Assembly (NCBI GenBank): GCA_017513085.1
Contig: JAFWDK010000010.1
Span: forward strand, 1-64,000
Source of the DNA: Clostridiales bacterium
GTDB lineage: Bacteria > Bacillota > Clostridia > Saccharofermentanales > Saccharofermentanaceae
Direction: 5' to 3'
Length of the DNA stretch: 64,000 bases
Under the pieces are notes generated by a model. That model had not been told where the DNA came from and searched no databases. It saw nothing but the letters and a program-made list of their open reading frames with translations. Below are positions 1 to 9,924 of the stretch, piece by piece. Position numbers and translations under genes: made by a program. Within the stretch, counting starts at the first letter, position 1, and each line of letters starts with the position of its first letter.

Positions 1-94
1 AGCATCTAGAAGAGATATTATCTGGTGTTTTGGGATATTCTCCTTGCCGGTATAATTTCACACACTTTAATTTGAATTCTTTACTGTAACGCAT

Positions 95-133
95 AAAAAT
101 ACCCTCCTTACTGTTTGTCCAGTAAGGAGGGTA
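95..133 (-). terminator. Intrinsic terminator after the ABC-2 permease gene
   Basis: Perfect 14-bp inverted repeat TACCCTCCTTACTG (100-113)/CAGTAAGGAGGGTA (120-133) with a 6-nt loop, followed on the minus strand by TTTTT. Confidence 0.8.
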
Positions 134-181
134 CATATCACTTTGTTCGCCTCTCTTTTTATATGTTGTTGGGTAGATAGG

Positions 182-1321
182 TTACTCGTTAACGATCTTT
201 TCGTTATTAAACAATCTGCTGACGATCGCAAGGCAGAGGAGACCGAATGCAAGGTTGATGACGCAGGTGAGCAGAACTTCTGTTATGGAAACACCGCTCA
301 AAAGGATCTGCTTGGTCAGGTATGTTGCATTCCACAAAGGAATCAGGCAGTTCTTGAAGCCGAACTTAGCAAGCATGGAAGACATACCGTCATTTGATGT
401 CAGGAAAGATCCGATGAAGAGGACCATGATCGGAATGACTGCCAATGTCTGCGCGGAACGGGAAGTCTTAGCAAGCGTAGAGATGATCAGGATGAGTCCG
501 ACGAGAGCGAAAGCTACGCAAAGAATAACTACGAAAACAAGAGCATAATCCGAGATAGCGTAGGTAACTGCCCCGTCTCCCATCATCTCCTGGAAAACAT
601 TCATGAGATAGACCAGACCGATGGAAGCGGAAATGGAACTGATGAATGCGGCTGTCATAACGGCAAGTGCTTTTCCGATGGCAACGCTGCTACGGCGGAC
701 AGGTGTGATGAGAACAGTATTAAGGAAGTTGCTCTCTTTGTCGCCGGCGATAATGTTACTTGCCAGAGACATGAAACCGTAGACGATCGTCATGATCAAA
801 AGACCAGGAACCATACTTGCAATCATGTTCTTCGCTACATAACTTTCATCGCCGAGATCGTAGGTGACATTGGTGTCTGCGTTGATCGTGAAAACGACCG
901 GACGGAGAGAATCGAGGAGAGTAGAAACCTTCTCGCGAATCTTCAACGAGTCTACGTTGGATGAATTGTAGAAGATTTCGATGTTGGAGAGATTCTGGCC
1001 ATCAAGAGCAACCTTGAAATCTTCAGGGAAGATGAGCAGCATTTCTGCGTCTTTGTTCTTGATGTCTTCTATGCAGGCGGCTTTATCGACTTTATGATCG
1101 GAAAAACCGATGGCTTTTAATCCCGGGATCAATTCCTGCGGGGCATTGATATAATAAGCATTATAGGTCTTACTATCATCCGTATCGGCCATATTTTTTG
1201 TCAGAAAGCCTTCCATGAACATGATCATGAAAGGAAGAAAGATACACATCATAAGGATGGCCTTATCTTTCAAGATCGACTTGATCTCTTTTTTATATAC
1301 AGTGGATATATCATTAAACAT
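182..1321 (-). CDS. ABC-2 type exporter permease (NatB-like)
   Basis: N-terminal TM, extracytoplasmic loop, five or more C-terminal TMs, IAGDKE...LITPV motif; directly downstream of an ABC ATPase. Confidence 0.8.
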   Translation of the reverse strand: MFNDISTVYKKEIKSILKDKAILMMCIFLPFMIMFMEGFLTKNMADTDDSKTYNAYYINAPQELIPGLKAIGFSDHKVDKAACIEDIKNKDAEMLLIFPEDFKVALDGQNLSNIEIFYNSSNVDSLKIREKVSTLLDSLRPVVFTINADTNVTYDLGDESYVAKNMIASMVPGLLIMTIVYGFMSLASNIIAGDKESNFLNTVLITPVRRSSVAIGKALAVMTAAFISSISASIGLVYLMNVFQEMMGDGAVTYAISDYALVFVVILCVAFALVGLILIISTLAKTSRSAQTLAVIPIMVLFIGSFLTSNDGMSSMLAKFGFKNCLIPLWNATYLTKQILLSGVSITEVLLTCVINLAFGLLCLAIVSRLFNNEKIVNE

Positions 1322-1361
1322 AATTCTTTTTCACCTTATTTTCATTTCAAACTTGTATTCA

Positions 1362-2129
1362 TTATTTGTTCTGATACTGTAGATAGATGTCGTAGAAGGA
1401 ATCTTCCAAAGAACGTCCATTCATCAGGTTTTCGAGAGTGTCATTGACGACGATCTTACCATTGACGATCATCGCTGCACGGTCACAGATCTTTTCGACC
1501 AGATCGAAAAGGTGAGTCGAGATGATCATGCATTTTCCTTCTTCCTTCATGCGAAGAATGAAATCACGTACATCTCTGGAAGCGATAATATCAAGACCGT
1601 TTGTCGGCTCATCAAAAATAATGAAATCCGGATCATGAATTACGGAAACGGCGAGAGAAACTTTCTGGCGCATGCCCTGTGAGAGTTTGCTGATCTTGGT
1701 GTCGGCAAAAGCATCTACGCCAAATGTAGAGAAGAGGTCTTTCTTCCGCTGAGCTGCTTTTTCTTTCGGAACATGGTAAAGACCTGCGAAGTAGTCGAAC
1801 ATGTCATTAGCAGTGGACTTTTTGTCCAATTGAAGATCTGTAGTCAGGAATGCAAAGTGATTCTTGATCTCAAGCTGGTCTTTCTTGATGCTCTTTCCAT
1901 CGTAAAGAACGTCTCCCTGATCCGGAGCAATCAGAGTGGCCAGCATTCTCATGGTCGTGGTCTTACCTGCGCCGTTCGGGCCGAGAAGACCGAATACTTC
2001 TCCGGAGTGTGCGGTAAAACTGATATCGTCTACCGCGATCTTCTTTCTGCTCGGAAGATCCTGTGCGCGTCTTTGCGCTTCGCTAAGCCGGAAAGACTTG
2101 CTAAGATTCTTTGCTTCAAGTGTGTGCAT
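1362..2129 (-). CDS. ABC exporter ATP-binding protein (NatA-like)
   Basis: Walker A GPNGAGKTT, LSQGM signature, IIFDEPT; start moved to the ATG at 2129 behind GGAGG. Confidence 0.88.
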   Translation of the reverse strand: MHTLEAKNLSKSFRLSEAQRRAQDLPSRKKIAVDDISFTAHSGEVFGLLGPNGAGKTTTMRMLATLIAPDQGDVLYDGKSIKKDQLEIKNHFAFLTTDLQLDKKSTANDMFDYFAGLYHVPKEKAAQRKKDLFSTFGVDAFADTKISKLSQGMRQKVSLAVSVIHDPDFIIFDEPTNGLDIIASRDVRDFILRMKEEGKCMIISTHLFDLVEKICDRAAMIVNGKIVVNDTLENLMNGRSLEDSFYDIYLQYQNK

Positions 2130-2380
2130 TTGTTTGTAACCCTCCATAATGCGTTTTCCTATAGTTTAGGATACATTCGTTAAAAGAATGCTAATTCGTC
2201 CGGATATTATCTAAAGAAACAGTTAAGATTCTGAAGATTAAACCCTAAAGACGCCATAGTATAGCAGAAACAAGTTTTAAGAGTCTAACAAAATTTTGAT
2301 CTGCATAACAGATTTATGATGTGTATGTTAGAATATGAATCATTATATGTTTTCCTTCGCAAGAATACAGGAGTACCACT

Positions 2381-4318
2381 ATGAAACGAGTCGAAATAAA
2401 CGATGTGCGGATCAAAGATCCTATTTGGCAGAAGAAAGCTAAACTTAATGCGCAGTTCCTTGACGAGATGGATCCGGAGCGAGTTCTTGCAGGTTTTTAC
2501 CGTTCGTCCGGAATCCGGACGGAGGCGGAACCTTATGGTGGTTGGGAAAACAGTCTGATTGCCGGTCATGGTGTAGGCCATTTCTTTTCGGCATTGGCGA
2601 TGCGGATCGCGGTTTTGCGAGGCGAGATCCTCGATGCCGAGGTTAAGGATCTTCCTGCCGGTCACTTGCAGGAGGCTCTTGCACACAGCCTCTCCCAAGC
2701 ACAAACGATCGTTTGTGGACTAAAGAAGTGTCAGGAAGAAACCGGAAGTGGATTCCTTAGTGCGGCAACGGTTCAGGATCCGAAACGACCGCAGATCCAG
2801 TTCGATGCACTCGAGGGACTTGCTGAAGTGCAGACTTGGGTACCTTGGTATGCGCTTCATAAGGTCCTTCAAGGACTTCTTGATCTTTGGCGCTATGCAG
2901 AGATCCCTTCCGCCCGTGAGGTTACGATTTCGTTGGCGGATTGGGTATGTGAACGTGTAGGCACATGGAGTAAAGAAACCCGTTCACGGGTACTTGCTGT
3001 TGAATATGGCGGAATGAATGACTCACTCTACCAGATATACATGTTGACAGGGCAGAAGAAGTATTTTAGTGCGGCGCAGATCTTTGACGAGCCGGAACTG
3101 TATGAAGATCTTCTAAGTTTCACTAACCGGCTCCGTGGTGTACATGCCAATGCCACCATACCGAAGATCGTCGGGTATCTTCAGGGCGCTGCCGCTCTTT
3201 GTACTTCGGCTACGATAGCGACGGAGGATGAAAAAAAGCGTATCGCCATAGCGGAACGTTTCTGGAAAACCGTTGTCGATCGGCAGAGTTATGCCACCGG
3301 CGGCATAGGCGATATGGAACACTTTTTTGAAGACGGAAAAACCGATGCATCCCGTACGCAATGTAATGCCGAAAGCTGCTGCACGTATAATATGATGAAG
3401 CTTTCCCAGATGCTTTATGAACTGACCGGAAAGGTCTGTTACCTGGAGTATATTGAACGGGCGCTTTGGAATGCGAAACTCGGTTCGGTCGGCCCTTGTG
3501 GCGGATATACGTATTTTAATCCTATGGCAACCGGTTACTATCGCCTGTATTCTCCGAATCATCCGGCAGAAAACCCGTTCTGGTGCTGTGTGGGGACAGG
3601 ATTAGAGGATTTCGTTAAGTTCGGCGATCAGGTGTTCTACCACAATGAAGACTCGATCGTGATCGCACAGTGGCTTTCTTCAGAGATGACGATGCCGGAT
3701 GGAACTAAGTTGGCGCTTGTTGTGGATCACTTTGCCGGAAATCTGACGCTTACATGCCGAAAGGCCAAGGATAAGGCAAGTGTGGATCTGAGGATTCCAC
3801 GATGGATCAAGGCGCGTGAGAAACTGCTCCCGGAAGATCAGGATCTTTTACATCTCACACTTTCCGAAGGCGAGCGATATGATCTTTCCTTTGAGATGGA
3901 ACTTTCAGTTATCCGTTTGCAGGATGAATCTTCTGCTATGGGTTTTATGTATGGCCCGTTTGTGCTTTGCGTACCGCTTGGAAAAGAAAAGTGGGGGCTT
4001 AGCACGGGTGCCGGGATCGAAGTGTATGCGCCTTCGTGGAAGGTCGTTTTTGACGCGGCGGTGAAAAGCGATATTTCCTATGGTCGTACGCAAAAGAGTA
4101 TTCTTGACCGAGAGTATCTGATGCTGCCTTCCTGTGAGACAGTAGAAAGCTTCCCGTTTCATTTATCTTCGTATCTGAAGAAGACGGGAAGCTGTGAGTT
4201 CCATCTGACCGGCGTTCGGAACGGAAAAGGAGAGACTGTCGATCTTCCTCTTGTTCCGTATTATTCGACCGGGGATGAACGCTATGGTATCTACTGGTAT
4301 TTTGTGCAGGAAAAGTGA
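2381..4318 (+). CDS. Glycoside hydrolase family 127/146 (beta-L-arabinofuranosidase-like)
   Basis: YGGWE, GHxxGHxxSA, VPWYxxHK, EYGGMND, HANxxIP, AESCCTYNM and FWCCVGTG motifs. Confidence 0.85.
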   Translation: MKRVEINDVRIKDPIWQKKAKLNAQFLDEMDPERVLAGFYRSSGIRTEAEPYGGWENSLIAGHGVGHFFSALAMRIAVLRGEILDAEVKDLPAGHLQEALAHSLSQAQTIVCGLKKCQEETGSGFLSAATVQDPKRPQIQFDALEGLAEVQTWVPWYALHKVLQGLLDLWRYAEIPSAREVTISLADWVCERVGTWSKETRSRVLAVEYGGMNDSLYQIYMLTGQKKYFSAAQIFDEPELYEDLLSFTNRLRGVHANATIPKIVGYLQGAAALCTSATIATEDEKKRIAIAERFWKTVVDRQSYATGGIGDMEHFFEDGKTDASRTQCNAESCCTYNMMKLSQMLYELTGKVCYLEYIERALWNAKLGSVGPCGGYTYFNPMATGYYRLYSPNHPAENPFWCCVGTGLEDFVKFGDQVFYHNEDSIVIAQWLSSEMTMPDGTKLALVVDHFAGNLTLTCRKAKDKASVDLRIPRWIKAREKLLPEDQDLLHLTLSEGERYDLSFEMELSVIRLQDESSAMGFMYGPFVLCVPLGKEKWGLSTGAGIEVYAPSWKVVFDAAVKSDISYGRTQKSILDREYLMLPSCETVESFPFHLSSYLKKTGSCEFHLTGVRNGKGETVDLPLVPYYSTGDERYGIYWYFVQEK

Positions 4319-4324
4319 CCCGTC

Positions 4325-5071
4325 TCAGTTTTCTTCGTCGATATCACCCGGCAAGCAATATTCCCATGAGGGATATAGAGAGAAGATCTTGTCCTGATCA
4401 TTTTTGGCGAGATAATAGGTGCCCATGGCATCGACCTGATTATACACGAAACTATCTACGGAGAGACGCGTGCCATTTTTCAGATAAATGTAATAATATG
4501 TTACGGTACTTCTTCTTTTTCCGGAATGTTTCGTGACCTTTTCGGTGTCTTTAGACGTGACTTCGCAAATAGATAGTTTAAACGTTGCCTTGTCTTTTTC
4601 AGTAGCTCTCATGGAGCCGGTCGATAATAATCCTGATCCAAGTATGAATGCCCCGAAAATCAGAATAATACTTATGACAACTAAACCTGCGATCCTTATG
4701 ATCAGATTCGTACCGCTTTCCCCGGCCCGTAACGACTTGATGAGAGAAAAAACAGAGGTACCGATCCCAAATAAGAAAAGGGCAGCCATACCGACCAGTA
4801 GTGCAAAGAAAATGTTGGTGCTGATTTCTGTGGTTCTGGCAAATACAGAATAGTCGCTTCGCAGTAATTCATCTGTCAGAACGATTTTCCCGCCTTCTTC
4901 AATAATGGAGATCTCTTGTCTGGCGGTCTGGGTATCCCTTTCTCTGTTACTGTTCTGGCTCATGCCATAGATCATGGCACCGGCCATTAAAAGAGCAAAG
5001 ATTAAAAATCCAATAAGATAGATCTTCTTGCCAAGACGGCTACCGGCGCCGGAATAATTACGGGTAAACAT
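4325..5071 (-). CDS. Hypothetical membrane protein (about 3 TM)
   Basis: 248-aa ORF with GGAGG RBS and three hydrophobic segments. Confidence 0.7.
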   Translation of the reverse strand: MFTRNYSGAGSRLGKKIYLIGFLIFALLMAGAMIYGMSQNSNRERDTQTARQEISIIEEGGKIVLTDELLRSDYSVFARTTEISTNIFFALLVGMAALFLFGIGTSVFSLIKSLRAGESGTNLIIRIAGLVVISIILIFGAFILGSGLLSTGSMRATEKDKATFKLSICEVTSKDTEKVTKHSGKRRSTVTYYYIYLKNGTRLSVDSFVYNQVDAMGTYYLAKNDQDKIFSLYPSWEYCLPGDIDEEN

Positions 5072-5239
5072 AGGAATCCTCCGATATATGGAAAAAAGTA
5101 TTCGCTTGCAACATTATAACAATAACTTTGACTATAGAGAAATAACATTACTGCGATATAGAACATTATATTCTTCTGTTTTTTACGGATAAAAATGTAT
5201 GCTATAATCAAAAAAACGTCGAAAGCTGAGAACAGAACG

Positions 5240-6151
5240 ATGACATTAAATCAGTTAAAATACGTGATCGCTTTATCGGAAGAAAACTCGATCAATGAGG
5301 CCGCCAAGAAACTGTTTATTTCGCAGCCGGCGCTTACTGCTGCGCTCAAAGCACTGGAAGAGGAAATCGGTTTTGATATTTTCCTTCGCACCAAGAGTGG
5401 TATATCGCTGACGGTGAAGGGAAGTGAATTCCTCGGATATGCCAAGTCGGTCATCGAACAGTATGATATGCTCGATGCCAGATTTATTTCCGGTAGAAAT
5501 GCCAAGCGTTCATTCCATGTTTCCATGCAGCACTATACTTTTGCGGTCAATGCTTTTGTCGAAGTGATCAAACAGTACGGAATGGAAGAGTATGAGTTTG
5601 AGATCCATGAGACCAAAACACATGAAGTGATCGAGAACGTGAAGAATCAGAAAAGCGAGATTGGAGTGCTTTATCTGAACGATTTTAACAGAAGTGTTCT
5701 TACTAAGATCTTCAGCGAAGCCGGACTCGAGTTCACACCACTGTTCGAATGCGGCATCTATGCCTATATGAGTAAAAGCAATCCGCTCTCCAAGAGAAAG
5801 AGCATAACCATGAAGGATCTGGATAAATATCCATGTCTGGTATTTGCGCAGGGCGATTATAATTCGTTCTACTATGCGGAAGAGGTGATGAGCACTTACG
5901 ATTATAAGCAAGTCGTGCGTGCCAACGACCGCGCCACGCTTCTGAATCTTATGGTGGGTATCAACGGATACACACTTTGTTCCGGAATCATCTGTGAGGA
6001 TCTCAATGGCACCGATTATTGCGCAGTAAAACTGAAGACGAAAGAGACGATGACCATCGGATATATCTCAAGAAAGTCGGCTGTTTTGAGCGAACTGGCT
6101 GAAAAATACGTCGCTGAACTTGCGAAATACAAAGAGAATGTTCTCGAATAA
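5240..6151 (+). CDS. LysR-family regulator (MtaR/MetR/CmbR-like), paralog 1
   Basis: MTLNQLKY...SINEAAKKLFISQPALT HTH; SMQHYTF and DRATL motifs shared with the two other LysRs here; TGnTATAAT at 5200-5208. Confidence 0.9.
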   Translation: MTLNQLKYVIALSEENSINEAAKKLFISQPALTAALKALEEEIGFDIFLRTKSGISLTVKGSEFLGYAKSVIEQYDMLDARFISGRNAKRSFHVSMQHYTFAVNAFVEVIKQYGMEEYEFEIHETKTHEVIENVKNQKSEIGVLYLNDFNRSVLTKIFSEAGLEFTPLFECGIYAYMSKSNPLSKRKSITMKDLDKYPCLVFAQGDYNSFYYAEEVMSTYDYKQVVRANDRATLLNLMVGINGYTLCSGIICEDLNGTDYCAVKLKTKETMTIGYISRKSAVLSELAEKYVAELAKYKENVLE

Positions 6152-6177
6152 TAAGCGGGTCGATTCAAAAAGCCCAT

Positions 6178-7044
6178 TTAATTCTTTAGAAAGGCGATCA
6201 GCTCAGGAAGGATCTGTGTCGCTTCCTTTCTCCCGATCTGATAGACACGCTCAAGTTCATCCGGCTTTTTGCAAGTGCGGCTGATCCCAAGGTCGGCCGG
6301 AGGACGGATAACGAAAGAAGCACCATTTCTTTCACGTTCTTCGATCTCTTCCATTTGTCGGTTATACATCTCGTGCCGGGAACACATTGCTGCATATATG
6401 GCCGGATATTTACTCAACGTCATGCGGAAAAAGAACTTGCCTCTGCTTTTTTTCTTTCTGTAGCCTTTGGGCTGTGTCAGGACGATCACGTTCCGGCGAT
6501 ATCCCTGGCTTTCCATATAGGCATAGGGGACCGAGTCGGAAATTCCACCATCAAGAAGACGATGAGAATCGATAATGACCGGCTTGGAAAACACCGGCAT
6601 GGAGGCTGAAGCGCGCATCCATGTAATGTCATTTGCTTGTCCATCAGAACAACAGTGGTAGACCGGTTTTCCGGTGTCGACATCGGTGGCGCCGACATAA
6701 AAGGTCATGGGGTTTTTGCGGAAGGCATCGCGGTCGAAGATATCCAATTCATCAGGGATCTCTCTGTAGCAGAAATCCGCTCCGAAAAAGTCGCCGGTCC
6801 GGATAAGAGAACGGAAACTGCTGTATCTCGGATCACGACAGTATTTCTTGTTATATCGGATCGGACGTCCGATCTGACGGGATTTGTAGTTGCAACCGAA
6901 AACCGCGCCGGCGGATATGCCTGCCGAACCGTCAAATTGAATGTTATTTTCCATCAGAACATCGATCACACCGCATGTGAACATGCCACGCATGGCTCCG
7001 CCTTCCATGATCAGGGCGGAGAGGACTGCATTATCTTTATCCAT
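6178..7044 (-). CDS. Patatin-like phospholipase
   Basis: EGGAMRG, GISAG nucleophile elbow and DGG motifs; start at MDKDN behind GAGG. Confidence 0.9.
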   Translation of the reverse strand: MDKDNAVLSALIMEGGAMRGMFTCGVIDVLMENNIQFDGSAGISAGAVFGCNYKSRQIGRPIRYNKKYCRDPRYSSFRSLIRTGDFFGADFCYREIPDELDIFDRDAFRKNPMTFYVGATDVDTGKPVYHCCSDGQANDITWMRASASMPVFSKPVIIDSHRLLDGGISDSVPYAYMESQGYRRNVIVLTQPKGYRKKKSRGKFFFRMTLSKYPAIYAAMCSRHEMYNRQMEEIEERERNGASFVIRPPADLGISRTCKKPDELERVYQIGRKEATQILPELIAFLKN

Positions 7045-7124
7045 ATTTTCCTCGTTTCCAATCGTCAATTCATTATAGCAGAATTTGGCGTATAACAAGC
7101 ATAAGGCTGAAAGAAGGCTTCCAG

Positions 7125-7153
7125 TTGATAGCATTTCGAGAATAACATATAAT
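7125..7153 (+). promoter_or_regulatory. SigA-type promoter for the lipoprotein-rSAM pair
   Basis: TTGATA-N17-TATAAT followed by AAGGAGG RBS and the ATG at 7188. Confidence 0.65.
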
Positions 7154-7187
7154 AAGTACTAAGTATGATCAGTAAGGAGGTCCGCAT

Positions 7188-7526
7188 ATGAAAAAGCCAA
7201 ATGATAAAGCAATTACAGCGGCGAAGATCGTAGCAGGTGTTGCAGCAGCGCTTGCTTTGGGATGCAATATGACCGGTTGTGTGTACGGACCGCCACCGAC
7301 GTCCTCTGATGCTTCCGACGCGACAAAGAAGCAGACAACTACGGCTTCCGAAACGGAAGAGTCGATTGATCCGTCGGATAATCAGAATGCGGATGTATAT
7401 GGTCCGCCGGAGTTCTTCGAAACGGATAAGAATGAAGTACCGGCAGTATACGGACCACCGGAAGATTTCACTTCTAACGAGAGCGCGGCAGGTTCCGAAA
7501 CCAGCCGTGCCGGTGATAACGGATGA
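7188..7526 (+). CDS. Small lipoprotein with three VYGPP motifs; putative radical SAM substrate
   Basis: Signal peptide ending MTG-C31; VYGPP at residues 32, 70 and 87; ATGA overlap with the rSAM gene. Confidence 0.8.
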   Translation: MKKPNDKAITAAKIVAGVAAALALGCNMTGCVYGPPPTSSDASDATKKQTTTASETEESIDPSDNQNADVYGPPEFFETDKNEVPAVYGPPEDFTSNESAAGSETSRAGDNG

Positions 7527-8614
7527 ATCCGATCGACCCGAATATAGAAAGATTAAAGAAAGATCACCTCGATCAGCTTTCCGGTTATATAGACGGACTT
7601 TACGGAAAGCCTGAGTTGAGGCATCTTTTTTTTGAACTGACTTCCGCCTGTAATGAGCGGTGCTTCCATTGCGGTAGCAATTGCTCGGTCCCAGGAAAGG
7701 ACGAACTTACTACCGACGAGTTTAAGCGCATCCTTGACCAGGTCAAGGAAGACTTTGATATCAGAAGGCTTCAGCTTTGCATCACCGGCGGAGAACCGCT
7801 TCTTCGGAAAGATTTCTTCGAGATCATGAACTATGCCCATAAGCTCGGTTACAGATGGGGAATGACCAGTAACGCGACACTGATCACGAAAGAAGTAGCG
7901 CATAAACTGGCCGAGGCCGGCATGGGAACGATCTCTGTCTCCATCGACGGACTTGCGGAAACACACGACAAACTCCGCGGCATGAAGAGAGCATATGAAC
8001 TGGCCATGCAAGGCGTACAGAACCTGATCGACGAAGGTGCTTTTCAAGCAGTACAGATCACGACAGTTTTCAATCATGAGAATCTTAAAGAGATCGATGA
8101 ACTTTTCGAGATCATGAAGGGGATCGATATCGATTCATGGCGAGTGATCAATCTTGAACCGATCGGAAGAGCGCTTACCCGGCCGGAGCTGATGTGCACG
8201 CCTGAGGATCTTCGGAAAATGTTCGAGTTTATCCGTAAGGCGAGGAAGGACGATTATCCGGTCGTGTACGGATGCAGCCATTATCTTGGTCTTGACTATG
8301 AAGTCGAAGTGCGTGACTGGTACTGGCTTTGCAATGCCGGAGTCTATACTGCCAGCATTATGAGTAACGGGGATATCGGTGCCTGTCTGGATATTGAGCG
8401 GAACGAAAGAACGATCCAGGGTAATATCCGGAGCGACCGTTTTAAAGAGGTTTGGGAGAACAGGTTCGAAATCTTCCGCAGAAACAAAGCGGAAGATGCC
8501 TCTATGTGCCGTAGTTGCGAGCATAAGGAGTACTGTCGGGGCGACGCGTACCATTCCTGGGACTATGTCAAAGACGAACCCATCGTGTGCATGAAAAATA
8601 TCCTGTTTGATTGA
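7523..8614 (+). CDS. Radical SAM/SPASM peptide or protein maturase (rSAM/lipoprotein or splicease-like)
   Basis: CNERCFHC (CX3CX2C), ITGGEPLL, SPASM CNAG...GDIGAC...GNI...CRSCEHKEYCRG. Confidence 0.88.
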   Translation: MNPIDPNIERLKKDHLDQLSGYIDGLYGKPELRHLFFELTSACNERCFHCGSNCSVPGKDELTTDEFKRILDQVKEDFDIRRLQLCITGGEPLLRKDFFEIMNYAHKLGYRWGMTSNATLITKEVAHKLAEAGMGTISVSIDGLAETHDKLRGMKRAYELAMQGVQNLIDEGAFQAVQITTVFNHENLKEIDELFEIMKGIDIDSWRVINLEPIGRALTRPELMCTPEDLRKMFEFIRKARKDDYPVVYGCSHYLGLDYEVEVRDWYWLCNAGVYTASIMSNGDIGACLDIERNERTIQGNIRSDRFKEVWENRFEIFRRNKAEDASMCRSCEHKEYCRGDAYHSWDYVKDEPIVCMKNILFD

Positions 8615-8631
8615 TCGATCGGGAAGTGTGT

Positions 8632-8699
8632 TATAACTTTTCCTTATAATTGATGATACGAAAAGACAATTATCCAAAAAACTGATCGTCTGCTATATT
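8632..8699 (+). promoter_or_regulatory. LysR-type box plus extended -10 promoter (trans-sulfuration operon)
   Basis: TATAA-CTTTTCC-TTATA (8632-8648); TGcTATATT with the hexamer at 8694, 62 nt after the box start. Confidence 0.75.
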
Positions 8700-8759
8700 C
8701 CTATACAAAAGAACTGCTCTGCTGCTATATGCAGAATTTAGGGATATGGAGAAACACAA

Positions 8760-9911
8760 ATGGATAGAGGAATCAATACACGATGTTTACATCTAGAAGA
8801 GACAGAAGGAAAGTTCGATAACTATGGTGCACTGAGTTATCCGATCTACCAGACGGCGACATATGCACATCCGGCTGTCGGACAAAGTACAGGATACGAT
8901 TACAGCCGTCTTCAGAATCCGACACGAGAGAACCTCGAGAAGATAGTAGCTTCACTGGAGCACGGAACGGATGCATTTGCGCTTTCAAGCGGAATGGCGG
9001 CGATCTCGTTGCTTTTTGAGCTTTTTAAGCCGGGTGACCATATTGTTTCGGAAGCGGATCTTTATGGTGGAAGTATCCGTCTGTATGACCATGTTTCCAA
9101 GAAGAACGGATATGCGTTTACTTTCCTGAATTGTGCCAAGGATGATGTGGAAGCGGCGATCCGGTCGAATACCAAAGCTATTTATATTGAGACGCCCACG
9201 AACCCGATGATGAATGTGTCGGATATCCGTAAGATATCGGAGATCGCGAAGCGGCATGATCTTCTTCTTATCGTGGATAATACATTCCTCTCACCATATT
9301 TCCAGAATCCATTGGATCTGGGTGCGGATGTTGTGATCCACAGCGGGACAAAGTTTTTAGGCGGCCATAATGATACTTTGGCGGGCTTTATCGTTACCAA
9401 TAAAACTGAGATCGCGGAAAAACTACGTTTCCTGATCAAGACGACCGGCGCAGGACTTGCACCATTTGACAGCTGGCTTTTGCTGCGTGGTATCAAAACT
9501 TTGGGCCTTCGTATGGAAAAAGCCCAAAAAAATGCACAGGAACTTGCTGCATGGCTTAAGAAACAAAAGAATGTAACAGATGTTTTTTATCCGGGTCTTC
9601 CGGAACACCCGGGATACGAGATCATGAAAAAACAGGCCAGAGGTTTCGGTTCCATGATCACATTCAATGTGGATACGAAAGAGCATGCCCTGGCTATTCT
9701 TCAGGAAGTCCGGATGATAAAATATGCAGAAAGCCTTGGCGGAACCGAGACGCTCATTACCTATCCGACTACCCAGACCCATGCGGATGTGCCGGAGGAA
9801 GTGCGATTGAAAAACGGAATTACTCCCAGAACGCTTCGGCTGTCGACAGGCATCGAAGATGTAGAGGATCTGATCTTCGAATTGGAAAAAGTTTTTTCAA
9901 AGATCGTTTGA
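8760..9911 (+). CDS. PLP-dependent trans-sulfuration enzyme (cystathionine gamma-synthase/beta-lyase family)
   Basis: YSRLQNPT, SSGMAA, ETPTNP, DNTF, HSGTKFLGGHND and ESLGG motifs. Confidence 0.9.
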   Translation: MDRGINTRCLHLEETEGKFDNYGALSYPIYQTATYAHPAVGQSTGYDYSRLQNPTRENLEKIVASLEHGTDAFALSSGMAAISLLFELFKPGDHIVSEADLYGGSIRLYDHVSKKNGYAFTFLNCAKDDVEAAIRSNTKAIYIETPTNPMMNVSDIRKISEIAKRHDLLLIVDNTFLSPYFQNPLDLGADVVIHSGTKFLGGHNDTLAGFIVTNKTEIAEKLRFLIKTTGAGLAPFDSWLLLRGIKTLGLRMEKAQKNAQELAAWLKKQKNVTDVFYPGLPEHPGYEIMKKQARGFGSMITFNVDTKEHALAILQEVRMIKYAESLGGTETLITYPTTQTHADVPEEVRLKNGITPRTLRLSTGIEDVEDLIFELEKVFSKIV

Positions 9912-9924
9912 GAAGGAGAATAAT

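Noticed and set aside
5101-5210. Sixth regulon box upstream of LysR paralog 1
   Set aside because: The region is AT-rich but has no ATAA-N7-TTAT palindrome at the 62-nt spacing
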